Source: a virus
Taxonomy: Duplodnaviria; Caudoviricetes
Length of the DNA: 27,748 nt
Strand: one strand, 5' to 3'
Virus record (IMG/VR): IMGVR_UViG_3300020044_008861
Location: 1-27,748 of that record
Shown: positions 16,821 through 25,622 of the stretch, piece by piece
Position numbering within the stretch: position 1 is the first letter of the stretch
Layout of the letters: the number at the start of each line of letters is the position of its first letter
Notes under the pieces: generated by a model
What the model saw: the letters and a program-made list of their open reading frames with translations, nothing else
Databases searched by the model: none
Told to the model about the DNA's origin: nothing
Translations under genes and position numbers: made by a program

Positions 16821-18185
16821 TTAAGCAATAAAGGTTGTTTGGTTAGGGTCTTTGGTGAAGTCCACCCCCGGCCGCTTGTTTTCATTGAACACATTGTTAA
16901 GCTTTTCCATTTCACCCAAAATTTTTTGTTCAATGGTAAGGCTTTCCTTCTGGTAATCAATCACAGGGGCTGATGTTCCGGGGGTGAATTCACCGGCCAT
17001 AGCACCACCAATTTCACGAAGGCTGGACACTGTGAGCTTGTTGCCCTTCTCAGCGTTTTTAGCAGCTTCCTTGGCAGCGTCATCATTGGCCTTGGTTTGA
17101 GCGTCAAGCAGGTCACCCAAGTCCTTCCGGCGTTTCTTAAGGGCTTCTTCATCATCCTTGTTTTGGGCTTCCTTATCCTTGGCAGCTTCAGCTTCCACAA
17201 TTCTCAGGGCTTCTTCATTCAGCCTAGCCATTTCAAGGTTATGCAATTCATCAGCTGCGGCCTGACCGGAAATAGCTGCACCCCTTCTTTTTTCCTCATT
17301 CCGCTGTCGGATAAGGGCTAGCACTTCAGCTTCAGCAGCAGCTGCAATCTCAGCATCAGTAATCATAGAAGCACCACCAGCAGCCCCACCAGCTCCGGCC
17401 GCCCCACGCTGCCTAGACAAATCCAACCTAATCCGGTTGGCAATCTGTTTGCCCTGTTCATCAGTGCCAAGGAATTCAGTGACTGCTTCACGCTTGGCAA
17501 TAGCAGCTGCTTCCTTGTTGGCCTTCTGCTTATCCCTTTTCTTTTTATCCTCTAAAATTTGGATTTCTTCAGGCGTAATTCCGGGGTCTTCACCATACCC
17601 ACTGATTACAGACTGTGCCTTTAGAAGCACAGGGATAAGGTCAGCGGCATCTTTGCCAAGCATAGCAGTAGCAAGGGACATTCTTTCTGTGTTTGTGGTG
17701 GCACTGCCAAGGGTGGCGGCCATAGCTTCAATGACCTGTGTGGGCTTAAGAAGTCCTGAAGCAATCTGCTCAGCTGAGAAGCCCAAAGCTTTTAGCATCC
17801 GTTCCTGTTCACTTCCCTTAACTGTGGCCTGTTCAATGATTGATGTGGTTTCCTTAAACAGTTTGCCAACCTTGTTGACGGAAAGCCCGGAAGCGTCAGC
17901 AGCTTGTTGAAGCCTAAGGAATTCATCAGCGTTAACACCAATGTCAGCAGCCTTGTCACCAATCCCTGAGTAGGCTTCAACTGCTTCTTCAACCTTCTTC
18001 TTCTGTTCAGCAATGGCATCAGTCACAAAGCTGATAGCTGATTGCACTAGGGTCAGTGGTGCTGCAAAAGACAGGAAACCTTTGGCTAGGTCTTTGCCAA
18101 TGTTTTGGATTTTGCTTTTGATGGTTTCAACAGCCTTAGATGCTTGGTCTTTGGCTGAAATGGTGAATTCAAGTCCGTCTGCCAT
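16821..18185 (-). CDS. Tape measure protein (short, 454 aa)
   Basis: LEFTISAKDQAS N-terminus, Ala/Lys/Glu-rich helical sequence, LGKDAADLIPVL, SSLREIGG. Confidence 0.8.
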   Translation of the reverse strand: MADGLEFTISAKDQASKAVETIKSKIQNIGKDLAKGFLSFAAPLTLVQSAISFVTDAIAEQKKKVEEAVEAYSGIGDKAADIGVNADEFLRLQQAADASGLSVNKVGKLFKETTSIIEQATVKGSEQERMLKALGFSAEQIASGLLKPTQVIEAMAATLGSATTNTERMSLATAMLGKDAADLIPVLLKAQSVISGYGEDPGITPEEIQILEDKKKRDKQKANKEAAAIAKREAVTEFLGTDEQGKQIANRIRLDLSRQRGAAGAGGAAGGASMITDAEIAAAAEAEVLALIRQRNEEKRRGAAISGQAAADELHNLEMARLNEEALRIVEAEAAKDKEAQNKDDEEALKKRRKDLGDLLDAQTKANDDAAKEAAKNAEKGNKLTVSSLREIGGAMAGEFTPGTSAPVIDYQKESLTIEQKILGEMEKLNNVFNENKRPGVDFTKDPNQTTFIA

Positions 18186-18222
18186 AGTTGTTAGGGTGTC
18201 CCTAGTTTTGCCATTTAGTCAA

Positions 18223-18783
18223 TCAGCCCGGCTTGGGGCTGGTCATTTCAGCCTTAAGCCTGTCAATTAGGTCTTCATCATCCGTGGTCAGCAGCTCAAG
18301 CTTAGCCCCGGCCTGAATGTTGAAGGCAGTGGATAGCCAGATGGCCTTTGCTTCAGGCATTGTCAGGGCAGCTTCATAGCTGATGCCATTGCGGATTAGG
18401 GTGGCCAAGATACAAAGCTGCCAAGGCATCTGCTCAGCTGAAGACCCAGCTTCCTTCTTCTCATAAAACTTAGGGTAGGTGTCCGGCTGATTGACATAGC
18501 GGACAAAGCTAAGGGAAGCCTGTGCAAACAATTCTTTTGATAGGGTCATCCGTAGACCAAGCCACCTATCCCACAAGGTGAACCTGTCCAGACTCTCATC
18601 AGCACAAATCTTAATTGCAATCAACAGGTCAGCCGGGGTCAGCTCTTGGTCTGATTGAAGGTAAGGGCTGCCAATGCCTTCCAAGAAAATCCTGTGCTTA
18701 AGGCTGAAGGGCTTAAGCTTCTTACCTAGGATGATAGTCCTAGCCGGGGTCAGAAAGGCATTAAAAAAACGCTGGTCAGCCAT
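18223..18783 (-). CDS. Putative tail assembly chaperone
   Basis: Between tail tube and tape measure; ILGKKLKPFSLKH, ALTMPEAKAIW. Confidence 0.6.
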   Translation of the reverse strand: MADQRFFNAFLTPARTIILGKKLKPFSLKHRIFLEGIGSPYLQSDQELTPADLLIAIKICADESLDRFTLWDRWLGLRMTLSKELFAQASLSFVRYVNQPDTYPKFYEKKEAGSSAEQMPWQLCILATLIRNGISYEAALTMPEAKAIWLSTAFNIQAGAKLELLTTDDEDLIDRLKAEMTSPKPG

Positions 18784-18827
18784 TATGCCAACCAGCGTCA
18801 ATTTAATGGGCTAACTGTCAACCCGGC

Positions 18828-19175
18828 TTAGGCAATGTTTTCAAAGTCAACGGCCGTGATGCTGACACGCATAAAGCCCTTGGCTTCGCCACGCTCCTCA
18901 ATCTGCGTGATGCAACCCCCGGTGAAGGCAATGCCATTACCGGTGAAGGAAATGGTGTCCCCAATAGCACCACCATAGGTAGTAGGCACAAGACCTTCAA
19001 CAGTCAGATTAACACGCTTGTCAGAATAACGGACAGCAATGACTTCACCAACAGAGTTGGTAACTTCATCAGCGTTTGCCCAAGAGCTGCTGACTGTGTA
19101 GCTCTGGACTGTCAGGCCGGTAACTGTCCCATTGATGCCGTAAATGTGGGCTGTGCCTTTTGTGGTGTTGGACAT
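18828..19175 (-). CDS. Putative major tail tube protein (minimal, 115 aa)
   Basis: Beta-rich composition and synteny. Confidence 0.55.
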   Translation of the reverse strand: MSNTTKGTAHIYGINGTVTGLTVQSYTVSSSWANADEVTNSVGEVIAVRYSDKRVNLTVEGLVPTTYGGAIGDTISFTGNGIAFTGGCITQIEERGEAKGFMRVSITAVDFENIA

Positions 19176-19190
19176 AGGATTGCTTTAACT

Positions 19191-19206
19191 ATGCACCCCA
19201 AGTCAA
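19191..19206 (-). promoter_or_regulatory. Putative late-promoter motif TTGACTTGGGGTGCAT
   Basis: 15 nt upstream of the tail tube ATG. Confidence 0.6.
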
Positions 19207-19220
19207 ACAGCCTAGCCTGT

Positions 19221-19655
19221 TCAGGCAGGGGCTAAGACCATCAAAACATCATAGTCAATGCTTGTGGTCAAAGCACGCTCACCCGGCTGATAGTTAAGAC
19301 TAGTAAAGGTAGTGTCATAACAGGTGGCATCCCCGGTAGCCACAAAAGCAGCCTTGATGGTAGCTAGGGTGTCCATCAGGCCGGTGACTTCCTGTGTGGC
19401 GTTTCTGTGGGTTGTCTCAGTATCATCATCAATGTTGTTAACCACGCCAATAGTCACCCTGCACAAATAGTTTCCAAGCCCTTGGGCAATGTCCGGGGCT
19501 GGCTGTGCAGACTCACAGCTGACAACAATGCTAGGAAGCAACAGCTCCCCTGTTTCCTCACCCCGGTAAATGTGGTAAGCGGCCAAGGCAGGTTCAGCCT
19601 TCAGCACATTTGAAATAGCTGTTTCAACAATGTTAAGTGGGGACTTGGAAGCCAT
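19221..19655 (-). CDS. Putative tail terminator
   Basis: Synteny; LPSIVV motif; acidic 144 aa. Confidence 0.55.
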   Translation of the reverse strand: MASKSPLNIVETAISNVLKAEPALAAYHIYRGEETGELLLPSIVVSCESAQPAPDIAQGLGNYLCRVTIGVVNNIDDDTETTHRNATQEVTGLMDTLATIKAAFVATGDATCYDTTFTSLNYQPGERALTTSIDYDVLMVLAPA

Positions 19656-19660
19656 AGGTT

Positions 19661-20617
19661 TTAAGGTGATTGGTTCTTGTTAGCTTTTTCAATGGCAATA
19701 CGCATAAAGTGTTTAAGCCTTCTGGTCATCTTCCCAGCCCGGACAGCCATCACATAGGTCTTTGTTCCGGCCAGATAGCCTACCCCAAAGATGTTACCTA
19801 GGTCATTGCGGACAGTCATCATCACATTGTTTGTTCCAGCACCCTTGTAGGTGTTCAGGCCAACAGCTCCGTGACCTGCCTTGTGGCGTGTAATCCAATC
19901 AGGCAGTTTCCGTAGGCCAAAGGTCTTAGGCATCCCATTAATGTTAGGGCGGCCAATCTTGTTGATGGCTGTAACCCACCCGGCTTTCATCCAGCCAACC
20001 CTTTCCTGCCTACGCTTGGTGTATGCCTTGATTAAACGCAGCTCAGCAAAGGCAGGTGGTTCACCCTTCACCTGTCCGGTCAAAGGGTTTTTTCCGTTAT
20101 TCTTTCGGATGCGTCCTTTGTAAAGTTTACGGATACGATTGTGCCTAGCTTCCAAGGCACTGTCATTTTCTAGGACATTTATCCGGCGGCCAGCCCAATT
20201 CTTAAACAGGCTGGATGCTTTCTTGAAAGCCCGGTCTGCGTTGGTGTCTGACCAGATTTTGCTGATTATGCCAGAAGTCCTTGGGGGTTTGCCCTGCCGC
20301 CACTTGTCAAATTTCTGTCTGGCGTTGGACTTGGAATTGACAGCCACTGCTAGGCTTTTGCTGTCTTCTGAGACAATCAGATTAATGTCTTCAAGCACAG
20401 CAAAGTTACCCCACCTTTGGGCAATCTTCTTATCACCTTTGCCACCGGCCTTGCCGTCTAGGGGTGGGCTGTAGTTGATAGCTTCACGGCAAGTCAAAGC
20501 ACCTTCTTCCTTAACCAAGTCTTTAGTCAGTTGCTGGGTGTAAGCACCAAAATCCTGATAGGCTTTAACAAGCTTTTCCTGCAAAGCCCTGTTTACTGTA
20601 ATGTTGATGTCAGCCAT
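19661..20617 (-). CDS. Basic head-tail/tail completion protein
   Basis: Position between head closure and terminator; very K/R-rich; RVGWMKAGW motif. Confidence 0.5.
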   Translation of the reverse strand: MADINITVNRALQEKLVKAYQDFGAYTQQLTKDLVKEEGALTCREAINYSPPLDGKAGGKGDKKIAQRWGNFAVLEDINLIVSEDSKSLAVAVNSKSNARQKFDKWRQGKPPRTSGIISKIWSDTNADRAFKKASSLFKNWAGRRINVLENDSALEARHNRIRKLYKGRIRKNNGKNPLTGQVKGEPPAFAELRLIKAYTKRRQERVGWMKAGWVTAINKIGRPNINGMPKTFGLRKLPDWITRHKAGHGAVGLNTYKGAGTNNVMMTVRNDLGNIFGVGYLAGTKTYVMAVRAGKMTRRLKHFMRIAIEKANKNQSP

Positions 20618-20949
20618 TAACGCTGGTCAGCATCCTGACAGCTGAGCTGCACCCAGCCACTGCCGGGCTTGGTTGTCTTGGCAACGATACGATAAACCCG
20701 GCCAGCCCAAGTGACCTTCTTACCAATGGCCATAAAGGACGCAGCAGCTAGGACGGCAGATGTGGCAGGGATTTTGATAACTGTATCAATCTTGTCCATC
20801 ACCCCACCCAGCTCAAAAGCCGGGGACAGGGTAGCGTCAGTAATCATACAGTCATAGTTGACGGCATTGATTGTCACAGTCTGGCCAGCTTCAGCAGACA
20901 TAGCCTGTGCGTCAGCCAGCTTCATTGCTGCAAAGTTTGCATCCATCAT
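20617..20949 (-). CDS. Head closure/head-tail joining protein (gpFII-like)
   Basis: GQTVTI, ELGG, GKKVTWAGRVYRI; start at ATG 20949 (or 20946). Confidence 0.6.
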   Translation of the reverse strand: MMDANFAAMKLADAQAMSAEAGQTVTINAVNYDCMITDATLSPAFELGGVMDKIDTVIKIPATSAVLAAASFMAIGKKVTWAGRVYRIVAKTTKPGSGWVQLSCQDADQR

Positions 20950-21041
20950 AGATGCAGCCCCGGACAAATGCCACCAGCATTGCCGTCTGGCTTGGCCTAG
21001 GAAGCCTTTGGGCTGGATGGGGTATGCCCTGCCTAGGCTGG

Positions 21042-21080
21042 ACACAGAAAGACCCCACTAGGGGCTGCCTAGTGGGGTCT
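21042..21080 (-). terminator. Rho-independent terminator after ORF 21092..21385
   Basis: 13-bp stem AGACCCCACTAGG/CCTAGTGGGGTCT with a 5-nt loop and a T-rich tail on -. Confidence 0.8.
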
Positions 21081-21091
21081 GGTGTTACACC

Positions 21092-21385
21092 TTAACCTTT
21101 GACTACCTTACCGGTGGGCATCTTCACACCCTTCTGGCCTTTCTGCCACCTGATGTAGCAGATGCTAGTGCCAAGCAGATGCCTAACAGATGTGTGAGGC
21201 AGCCCCATCCACTGTGCCACTTCAGTAGCCTTCTGCTCAGATGGGATGCCATCCGCAGTGCCACCATCATAGTAAGCCACCAATTCTGCCGGGCATAGTG
21301 CCAAGCCAGCAATCAGCTGTGGTTTGGTTTGGGTGATTTGGTATGCCCGGTAAGGGCAGGGTTCGGGTGCGTTGTGTTTTGTCAT
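21092..21385 (-). CDS. Moron-like hypothetical protein with an HTH-like segment
   Basis: 97 aa from ATG 21385; ATEVAQWMGLPHTSVRHLL; has its own promoter and terminator. Confidence 0.6.
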   Translation of the reverse strand: MTKHNAPEPCPYRAYQITQTKPQLIAGLALCPAELVAYYDGGTADGIPSEQKATEVAQWMGLPHTSVRHLLGTSICYIRWQKGQKGVKMPTGKVVKG

Positions 21386-21497
21386 TTTGTTTTTGGGTTT
21401 GGTTTCCAGCTGACCGGGGAGGCCAGCCAAAATGATTATGACAAAGCTTCAAGGAACAGGTGATGGTTAACCATTACAGCTAACCTTCACTTGTTAC

Positions 21498-21525
21498 ATC
21501 ATAGCAGATAGTTTGATTAAGTCAA
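21498..21525 (-). promoter_or_regulatory. sigma70-like promoter with extended -10
   Basis: TTGACT-16nt-TATGAT, with TG-n directly before the -10. Confidence 0.7.
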
Positions 21526-21559
21526 GCAAGTAATTTTAACGCATCCGGAAAGTGGACAC

Positions 21560-21588
21560 AAAAAAGCCCCACCATTTCTGGTGAGGCT
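21560..21588 (-). terminator. Rho-independent terminator after the major capsid gene
   Basis: AGCCTCACCA-GAAA-TGGTGGGGCT followed by TTTTT. Confidence 0.88.
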
Positions 21589-21610
21589 GCTTGCTGTAAG
21601 GAGTTTATCC

Positions 21611-22489
21611 TTACGCTGTCTTGATACGCTTACCGGCCGTCCCGCGAGCCTTAGAAACCCCGAAACGCATAGTGGCGGTAAGACGCACGATGCCATCAGT
21701 GCCCTGCGAACGCAGCACCTGAACGGACAGACCAGAAGGGTCAGTGGCAGTGGAAGACTCGCCCGGGAACATACCGGCATAAGGGGCGGCCATACCAATC
21801 GCCAAGGCATCAGCACCACAGGCAAACGCACCAAGGTTCTCACCATTGGCAGGAAGGTCTGTGAATTCAAAGACTTGGAAACCAGCAACAGTGCCAATCA
21901 GACCAGAGCTGATAAGGGAAGACTCACCAGCCTGATTGAAGGGAGCAGTCAGGGTGGCATCCTTACGGAGAGCCCCAGCATAAGCACCATTCACCAGAAG
22001 GCAGCGAGGGTCACCGGCCTTAGCGTCATTCAGGTCAGTGTTAAGGTCAACAACCTGAGAGTAGTTGAAGTTGGCGGCAGTGACCACTTCGTTGGCAGAG
22101 AAGTTGGCGTTGGTGAGGGTAGCACCAATTTCAGCGTGAACCTTCTTCACCAGCTGGTTGATAGCTTCCGGAACGAAAGCCCGGGCAAGGTATTCTTCGC
22201 CATACTCGCCAATTTCGTCAGGCGAAAAATCCTTTGTGCTGTGCAGGTGTTTAAGCGTCACGCTGACGGCCGTAAGGTCGGCCGTGTCCGCTTCGTTGTA
22301 ACCACCATTGGCCTTGGAAAATTCCTTGGCAGCACCACCGGACACAAGGCTGACCTGAATGGTCTTGCCAACAGCGTTGGTGGAAAGGTTGGTGGAGAAA
22401 GCGGAAAGGAAGGCCAAGCGACCCTTCAGACCGGGGAGGATGATTTCAGACAGGGCAGCCGGAGCAGCCGAGAATGTGTTAGTAGCCAT
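21611..22489 (-). CDS. Major capsid protein
   Basis: Follows protease and scaffold, has a strong terminator; 292 aa with G.IGTVAGFQVFE.TDLP, DPSGLSVQV, HK97-fold-like pattern. Confidence 0.8.
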   Translation of the reverse strand: MATNTFSAAPAALSEIILPGLKGRLAFLSAFSTNLSTNAVGKTIQVSLVSGGAAKEFSKANGGYNEADTADLTAVSVTLKHLHSTKDFSPDEIGEYGEEYLARAFVPEAINQLVKKVHAEIGATLTNANFSANEVVTAANFNYSQVVDLNTDLNDAKAGDPRCLLVNGAYAGALRKDATLTAPFNQAGESSLISSGLIGTVAGFQVFEFTDLPANGENLGAFACGADALAIGMAAPYAGMFPGESSTATDPSGLSVQVLRSQGTDGIVRLTATMRFGVSKARGTAGKRIKTA

Positions 22490-22512
22490 AGTAGTATTAG
22501 GTTAGGTAAAGG

Positions 22513-22962
22513 TTAGGAAAGGTTAAGAGGGTCAAGGATGGCCTTGTGCTTGCGGAAGAAAGCCTGCTTTTCAGTGCCAGCCTTCATCTTCAGGAAGGTA
22601 GCCCAGACGCTCTTGGCATCCGTGACTTCTTCAGTGGCAAGCTTGTCGGCCGGGGAAACATCAACAGGCTTCATCCCAAGATTGGAAATCACCTTGGCAG
22701 CTTCCTTGGAAGCAGTCACCTGATTGGCTTGGGCTTCAGCAAGCAGCTTAGCCAGCTCAGCCTTTTCAGTTTCAGCCTGAAGCTTGTGGGCTTCAAACTC
22801 AGCCTTGAGCTTGGTGGCTTCTTCAGTGCTGGCCATCTTCTCAGCAGCAAGGGCTTCAAAGGACTTCTGAAGCTCTGTCTTCTCAGCCTGAAGCGTAGTC
22901 AGGGTGGAAGCCAGCTTTTCAACCTGAGCTTCCGGGGTGAGGGTGTTGGTTTCGTTATCCAT
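22513..22962 (-). CDS. Capsid scaffolding protein
   Basis: Coiled coil rich in A/E/K; C-terminal EKQAFFRKHK; start MDNET at 22962. Confidence 0.65.
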   Translation of the reverse strand: MDNETNTLTPEAQVEKLASTLTTLQAEKTELQKSFEALAAEKMASTEEATKLKAEFEAHKLQAETEKAELAKLLAEAQANQVTASKEAAKVISNLGMKPVDVSPADKLATEEVTDAKSVWATFLKMKAGTEKQAFFRKHKAILDPLNLS

Positions 22963-22969
22963 CTTGCCT

Positions 22970-22985
22970 ATGCACCTGAAGTCAA
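22970..22985 (-). promoter_or_regulatory. Putative late-promoter motif TTGACTTCAGGTGCAT
   Basis: 7 nt upstream of the scaffold ATG. Confidence 0.6.
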
Positions 22986-23800
22986 ATGGTGACCTTTGTG
23001 GCTTGCTTGAAGGCCACAGGTTCAAGCTGCGTCATCAGCACCTTGAAGCTGTCAACAAGCCCGGTAGCCAAGCCCTTCTGGGCAGCTTCCCGGCCGGACA
23101 TAGAAGCACCGGTCAGGTCAGCGTCAGCAACCAGCTTACGCTTCATCTTCACATTGGCCTTAAAGGTATTGGCTGTGTCCATCACGGACTTTTGCAGGTA
23201 GGCTTCCTGTGCAGATGTGATTTGCGTGCCGGGGATGCCAATGCCCTTCAGCTCATCAGACCGGAAGACCTTAACGCTGATGCCCATAGACTTTGCCTGT
23301 TCAGACAAATCCTTTACCACGGCAAAGACCCCTACGCTCCCCACGGAAGCTGAAGGGCTGACCACCACCCGGTCAGCAGCACTGCCAATCCAATAGGCAC
23401 TGCTGTTCATAGACCCAGCACTGAAGGCAATGGTGGGGACTTTCAGGCCACGGATTTTGGAAGCCAATTCTTCAACCCCATCCACAGTGCCACCATCAGA
23501 ATTGATGTTGAACACAATTTGCTTGGCGTTGGCGGCAACAGCTTGGTCAATCCAATCATCCAGCACTTCCACATCAGTAGCACCAATGGCTTCAATGGGA
23601 CTCAGCCCCTTGCCAATCATCCCGGCAACCGGGATGACATAGGTGCTGCCAATCTGATAGGGCTTAGGGGACTCACCAAGCCACTTGGTAAGCAGGTCAG
23701 TGAAGCCTAGCTTTTCAGTGGTGGCCAGATGCTGTTGGGCAATCTGGTAATCAACAAGGAACACCTTGTGACCTTGGATGGCTTTGATAAGGCTACGCAT
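22982..23800 (-). CDS. S49-family (SppA/ClpP-like) prohead protease
   Basis: INSDGGTVDG, MNSSAYWIGSAAD, SVGSVGV, GLATG. Confidence 0.92.
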   Translation of the reverse strand: MRSLIKAIQGHKVFLVDYQIAQQHLATTEKLGFTDLLTKWLGESPKPYQIGSTYVIPVAGMIGKGLSPIEAIGATDVEVLDDWIDQAVAANAKQIVFNINSDGGTVDGVEELASKIRGLKVPTIAFSAGSMNSSAYWIGSAADRVVVSPSASVGSVGVFAVVKDLSEQAKSMGISVKVFRSDELKGIGIPGTQITSAQEAYLQKSVMDTANTFKANVKMKRKLVADADLTGASMSGREAAQKGLATGLVDSFKVLMTQLEPVAFKQATKVTI

Positions 23801-23811
23801 AGTTAAATGAT

Positions 23812-25356
23812 TTAGGAATTATTGTTGGAAGGCTTTTCACCGGCATCTTCATCTTCATCTTCAGTTTCATTTTCCACTTCATTCATTTCACCGGTTTCAG
23901 GGTTGGGCTGCTGACCCATCTGGACTTCAGCAGCAGTGGGCTTGCCCTGTCCCTGCTGAAGCCAATTGAAGCCGGGCTTGTAAAGAGTCCAAAGCGGGAT
24001 GCCTTCCTGCTCAGCCAGCTGCATAATAAACTTAAAGTCAGCAGCACGCTTGGTCATTTCAGTCCGCAGGTCTAGACCACGCTGGGCATAGATTTCAGAC
24101 ATAGACAGAAGGCCAAGCTCCACATCAGCCCGGTCAGAAGCAGCGTCCCGGCCAGCGTCAATGGTCAGACGCTTGGGGGTTGTCCAGCTGACCTTCCACC
24201 AATCAGGGCTGTCAGGCAGTTGTCCCCGGTCAATCATTGTCCCAATCACATACAGATAAACCGGGGTGCAAAGCTTCTCAATCAGGATGGTCTGCCACCG
24301 GCTAAAGATGCGGTCAGCCTTGGCCGCAATCAATCGAAGGGCAGCACCACCAGCCTGACCGGGGTTGCTGGTAAATTCATAGGGGATTGTTCCCCGGGCA
24401 ATGTCCTTCTGCACTGCCTCTAGGAAGGCCACAAAATTATTGCTGGGGCGTTTGCTCTCAAGGCTGCTCAGCTGCTCACCGGGTTCAAGCACAGCAAGCT
24501 TGCCACCAAGCTTCCGGGCAAGCTGCTCACCATTGCTGCCGGAAGCACCAAGCTCATCCTTAAGCTGGCCAGCAACAAAGCCACCTTGCTTGTGCAGCAC
24601 CCTAGTAAAATCTGCGTCATTGCGGACAGCCAGCATTTCCAGCTTAAGCAGCTCATCTTCCGTTTGAATGTCCGTCCAGCTATGCTGAAGCAGGGGAAGT
24701 CCCCGGCTGCCGCTGGAATAATCCTGTTCACAAATCTGACGGATGGAGGAAGCAGGACGCAGGTTGCTTTTGCCGTTGCCTTCAAGGATGTTGAAACCCC
24801 GGATGCGGCCAACGCTATCAAACTGCACGCCATCCACCATCCCGGCAGGGACAGCAGCACCAACAGGGTTGCCCACCCTATGCCCTTCAATCATCTGGAT
24901 TTTGGGCTGGTCTTCATCATCCCTGACAAAGTAAGCAAAGCTATCCCCATCCCGCAACGCACCCCGGAGCAGGATGCGTTGGATTTCTACCCAGCTAAAC
25001 CTAGATGACAGGTCTAGGCTTTTAGCAGCTTGGGTAAAAGCTTCTTCATACAAGGCAGCCTTGGCAGCATCAGCACAGTTTGACTGATGGGTTAGGCCAT
25101 CACCCACAACATAAGTCACAAAATCCTGAAATACCTGACGCACTAGGCCACAGTTTCTTTCACCATAGCGTAGGCGTTTAATCATTTCCAGCCGGTCAGA
25201 CGGCAGGTAGTCTTCACTAAAGTCAACAGCTGTGCCATACACAGCAGCCCGGTTACCATTATTCTGGATGCTGGTAAACTGCTGAAGCCCGGCCATCTTC
25301 TTTGGCTGGGTTTCTTCTGCTGTGATTTTGATAGTCCCTTTAGCTTTCTTGGCCAT
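23812..25356 (-). CDS. Lambda-family portal protein
   Basis: RDGDSF, IEGHRV, DGVQFD..GR, SRGLP, LEPGE, IDAGRD motifs; acidic C-terminus. Confidence 0.9.
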   Translation of the reverse strand: MAKKAKGTIKITAEETQPKKMAGLQQFTSIQNNGNRAAVYGTAVDFSEDYLPSDRLEMIKRLRYGERNCGLVRQVFQDFVTYVVGDGLTHQSNCADAAKAALYEEAFTQAAKSLDLSSRFSWVEIQRILLRGALRDGDSFAYFVRDDEDQPKIQMIEGHRVGNPVGAAVPAGMVDGVQFDSVGRIRGFNILEGNGKSNLRPASSIRQICEQDYSSGSRGLPLLQHSWTDIQTEDELLKLEMLAVRNDADFTRVLHKQGGFVAGQLKDELGASGSNGEQLARKLGGKLAVLEPGEQLSSLESKRPSNNFVAFLEAVQKDIARGTIPYEFTSNPGQAGGAALRLIAAKADRIFSRWQTILIEKLCTPVYLYVIGTMIDRGQLPDSPDWWKVSWTTPKRLTIDAGRDAASDRADVELGLLSMSEIYAQRGLDLRTEMTKRAADFKFIMQLAEQEGIPLWTLYKPGFNWLQQGQGKPTAAEVQMGQQPNPETGEMNEVENETEDEDEDAGEKPSNNNS

Positions 25357-25362
25357 AAAAGT

Positions 25363-25617
25363 TTAGTCCTGCAAGTTGTCCCATTGCTGCCGGACTACAG
25401 TAGTCCTTTCACCATAAGTGGCAGGGTCTGCAACAGACAGGGCAAAGGAAGCTTCTGCAAACCTTTCTTTGGCTGGCATTGTTACAGCTTTCCCAACAGA
25501 TGTGCCACTGTCAGAATAATTGATGGTGACTAGGCCGGTGGTCAACTCAGCCAAGGCAGCATCACGCATTGAAACCAATGTGGCAATGGGTAAGCCTATA
25601 AAGATGCCAGAAGCCAT
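25363..25617 (-). CDS. gpW-like head-tail adaptor
   Basis: 84 aa between terL and portal; YSDSGTSV, DPATYG. Confidence 0.6.
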   Translation of the reverse strand: MASGIFIGLPIATLVSMRDAALAELTTGLVTINYSDSGTSVGKAVTMPAKERFAEASFALSVADPATYGERTTVVRQQWDNLQD

Positions 25618-25622
25618 TTGAA

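Noticed and set aside
18223-18830. Lambda G/GT-type frameshift in the tail chaperone
   Set aside because: A single ORF fills the tube-to-tape-measure gap; there is no second overlapping frame to shift into.
20950-21045. Extended start of the head-closure ORF (21045)
   Set aside because: It would begin inside the terminator tail and span regulatory motifs; ATG 20949/20946 fits better.
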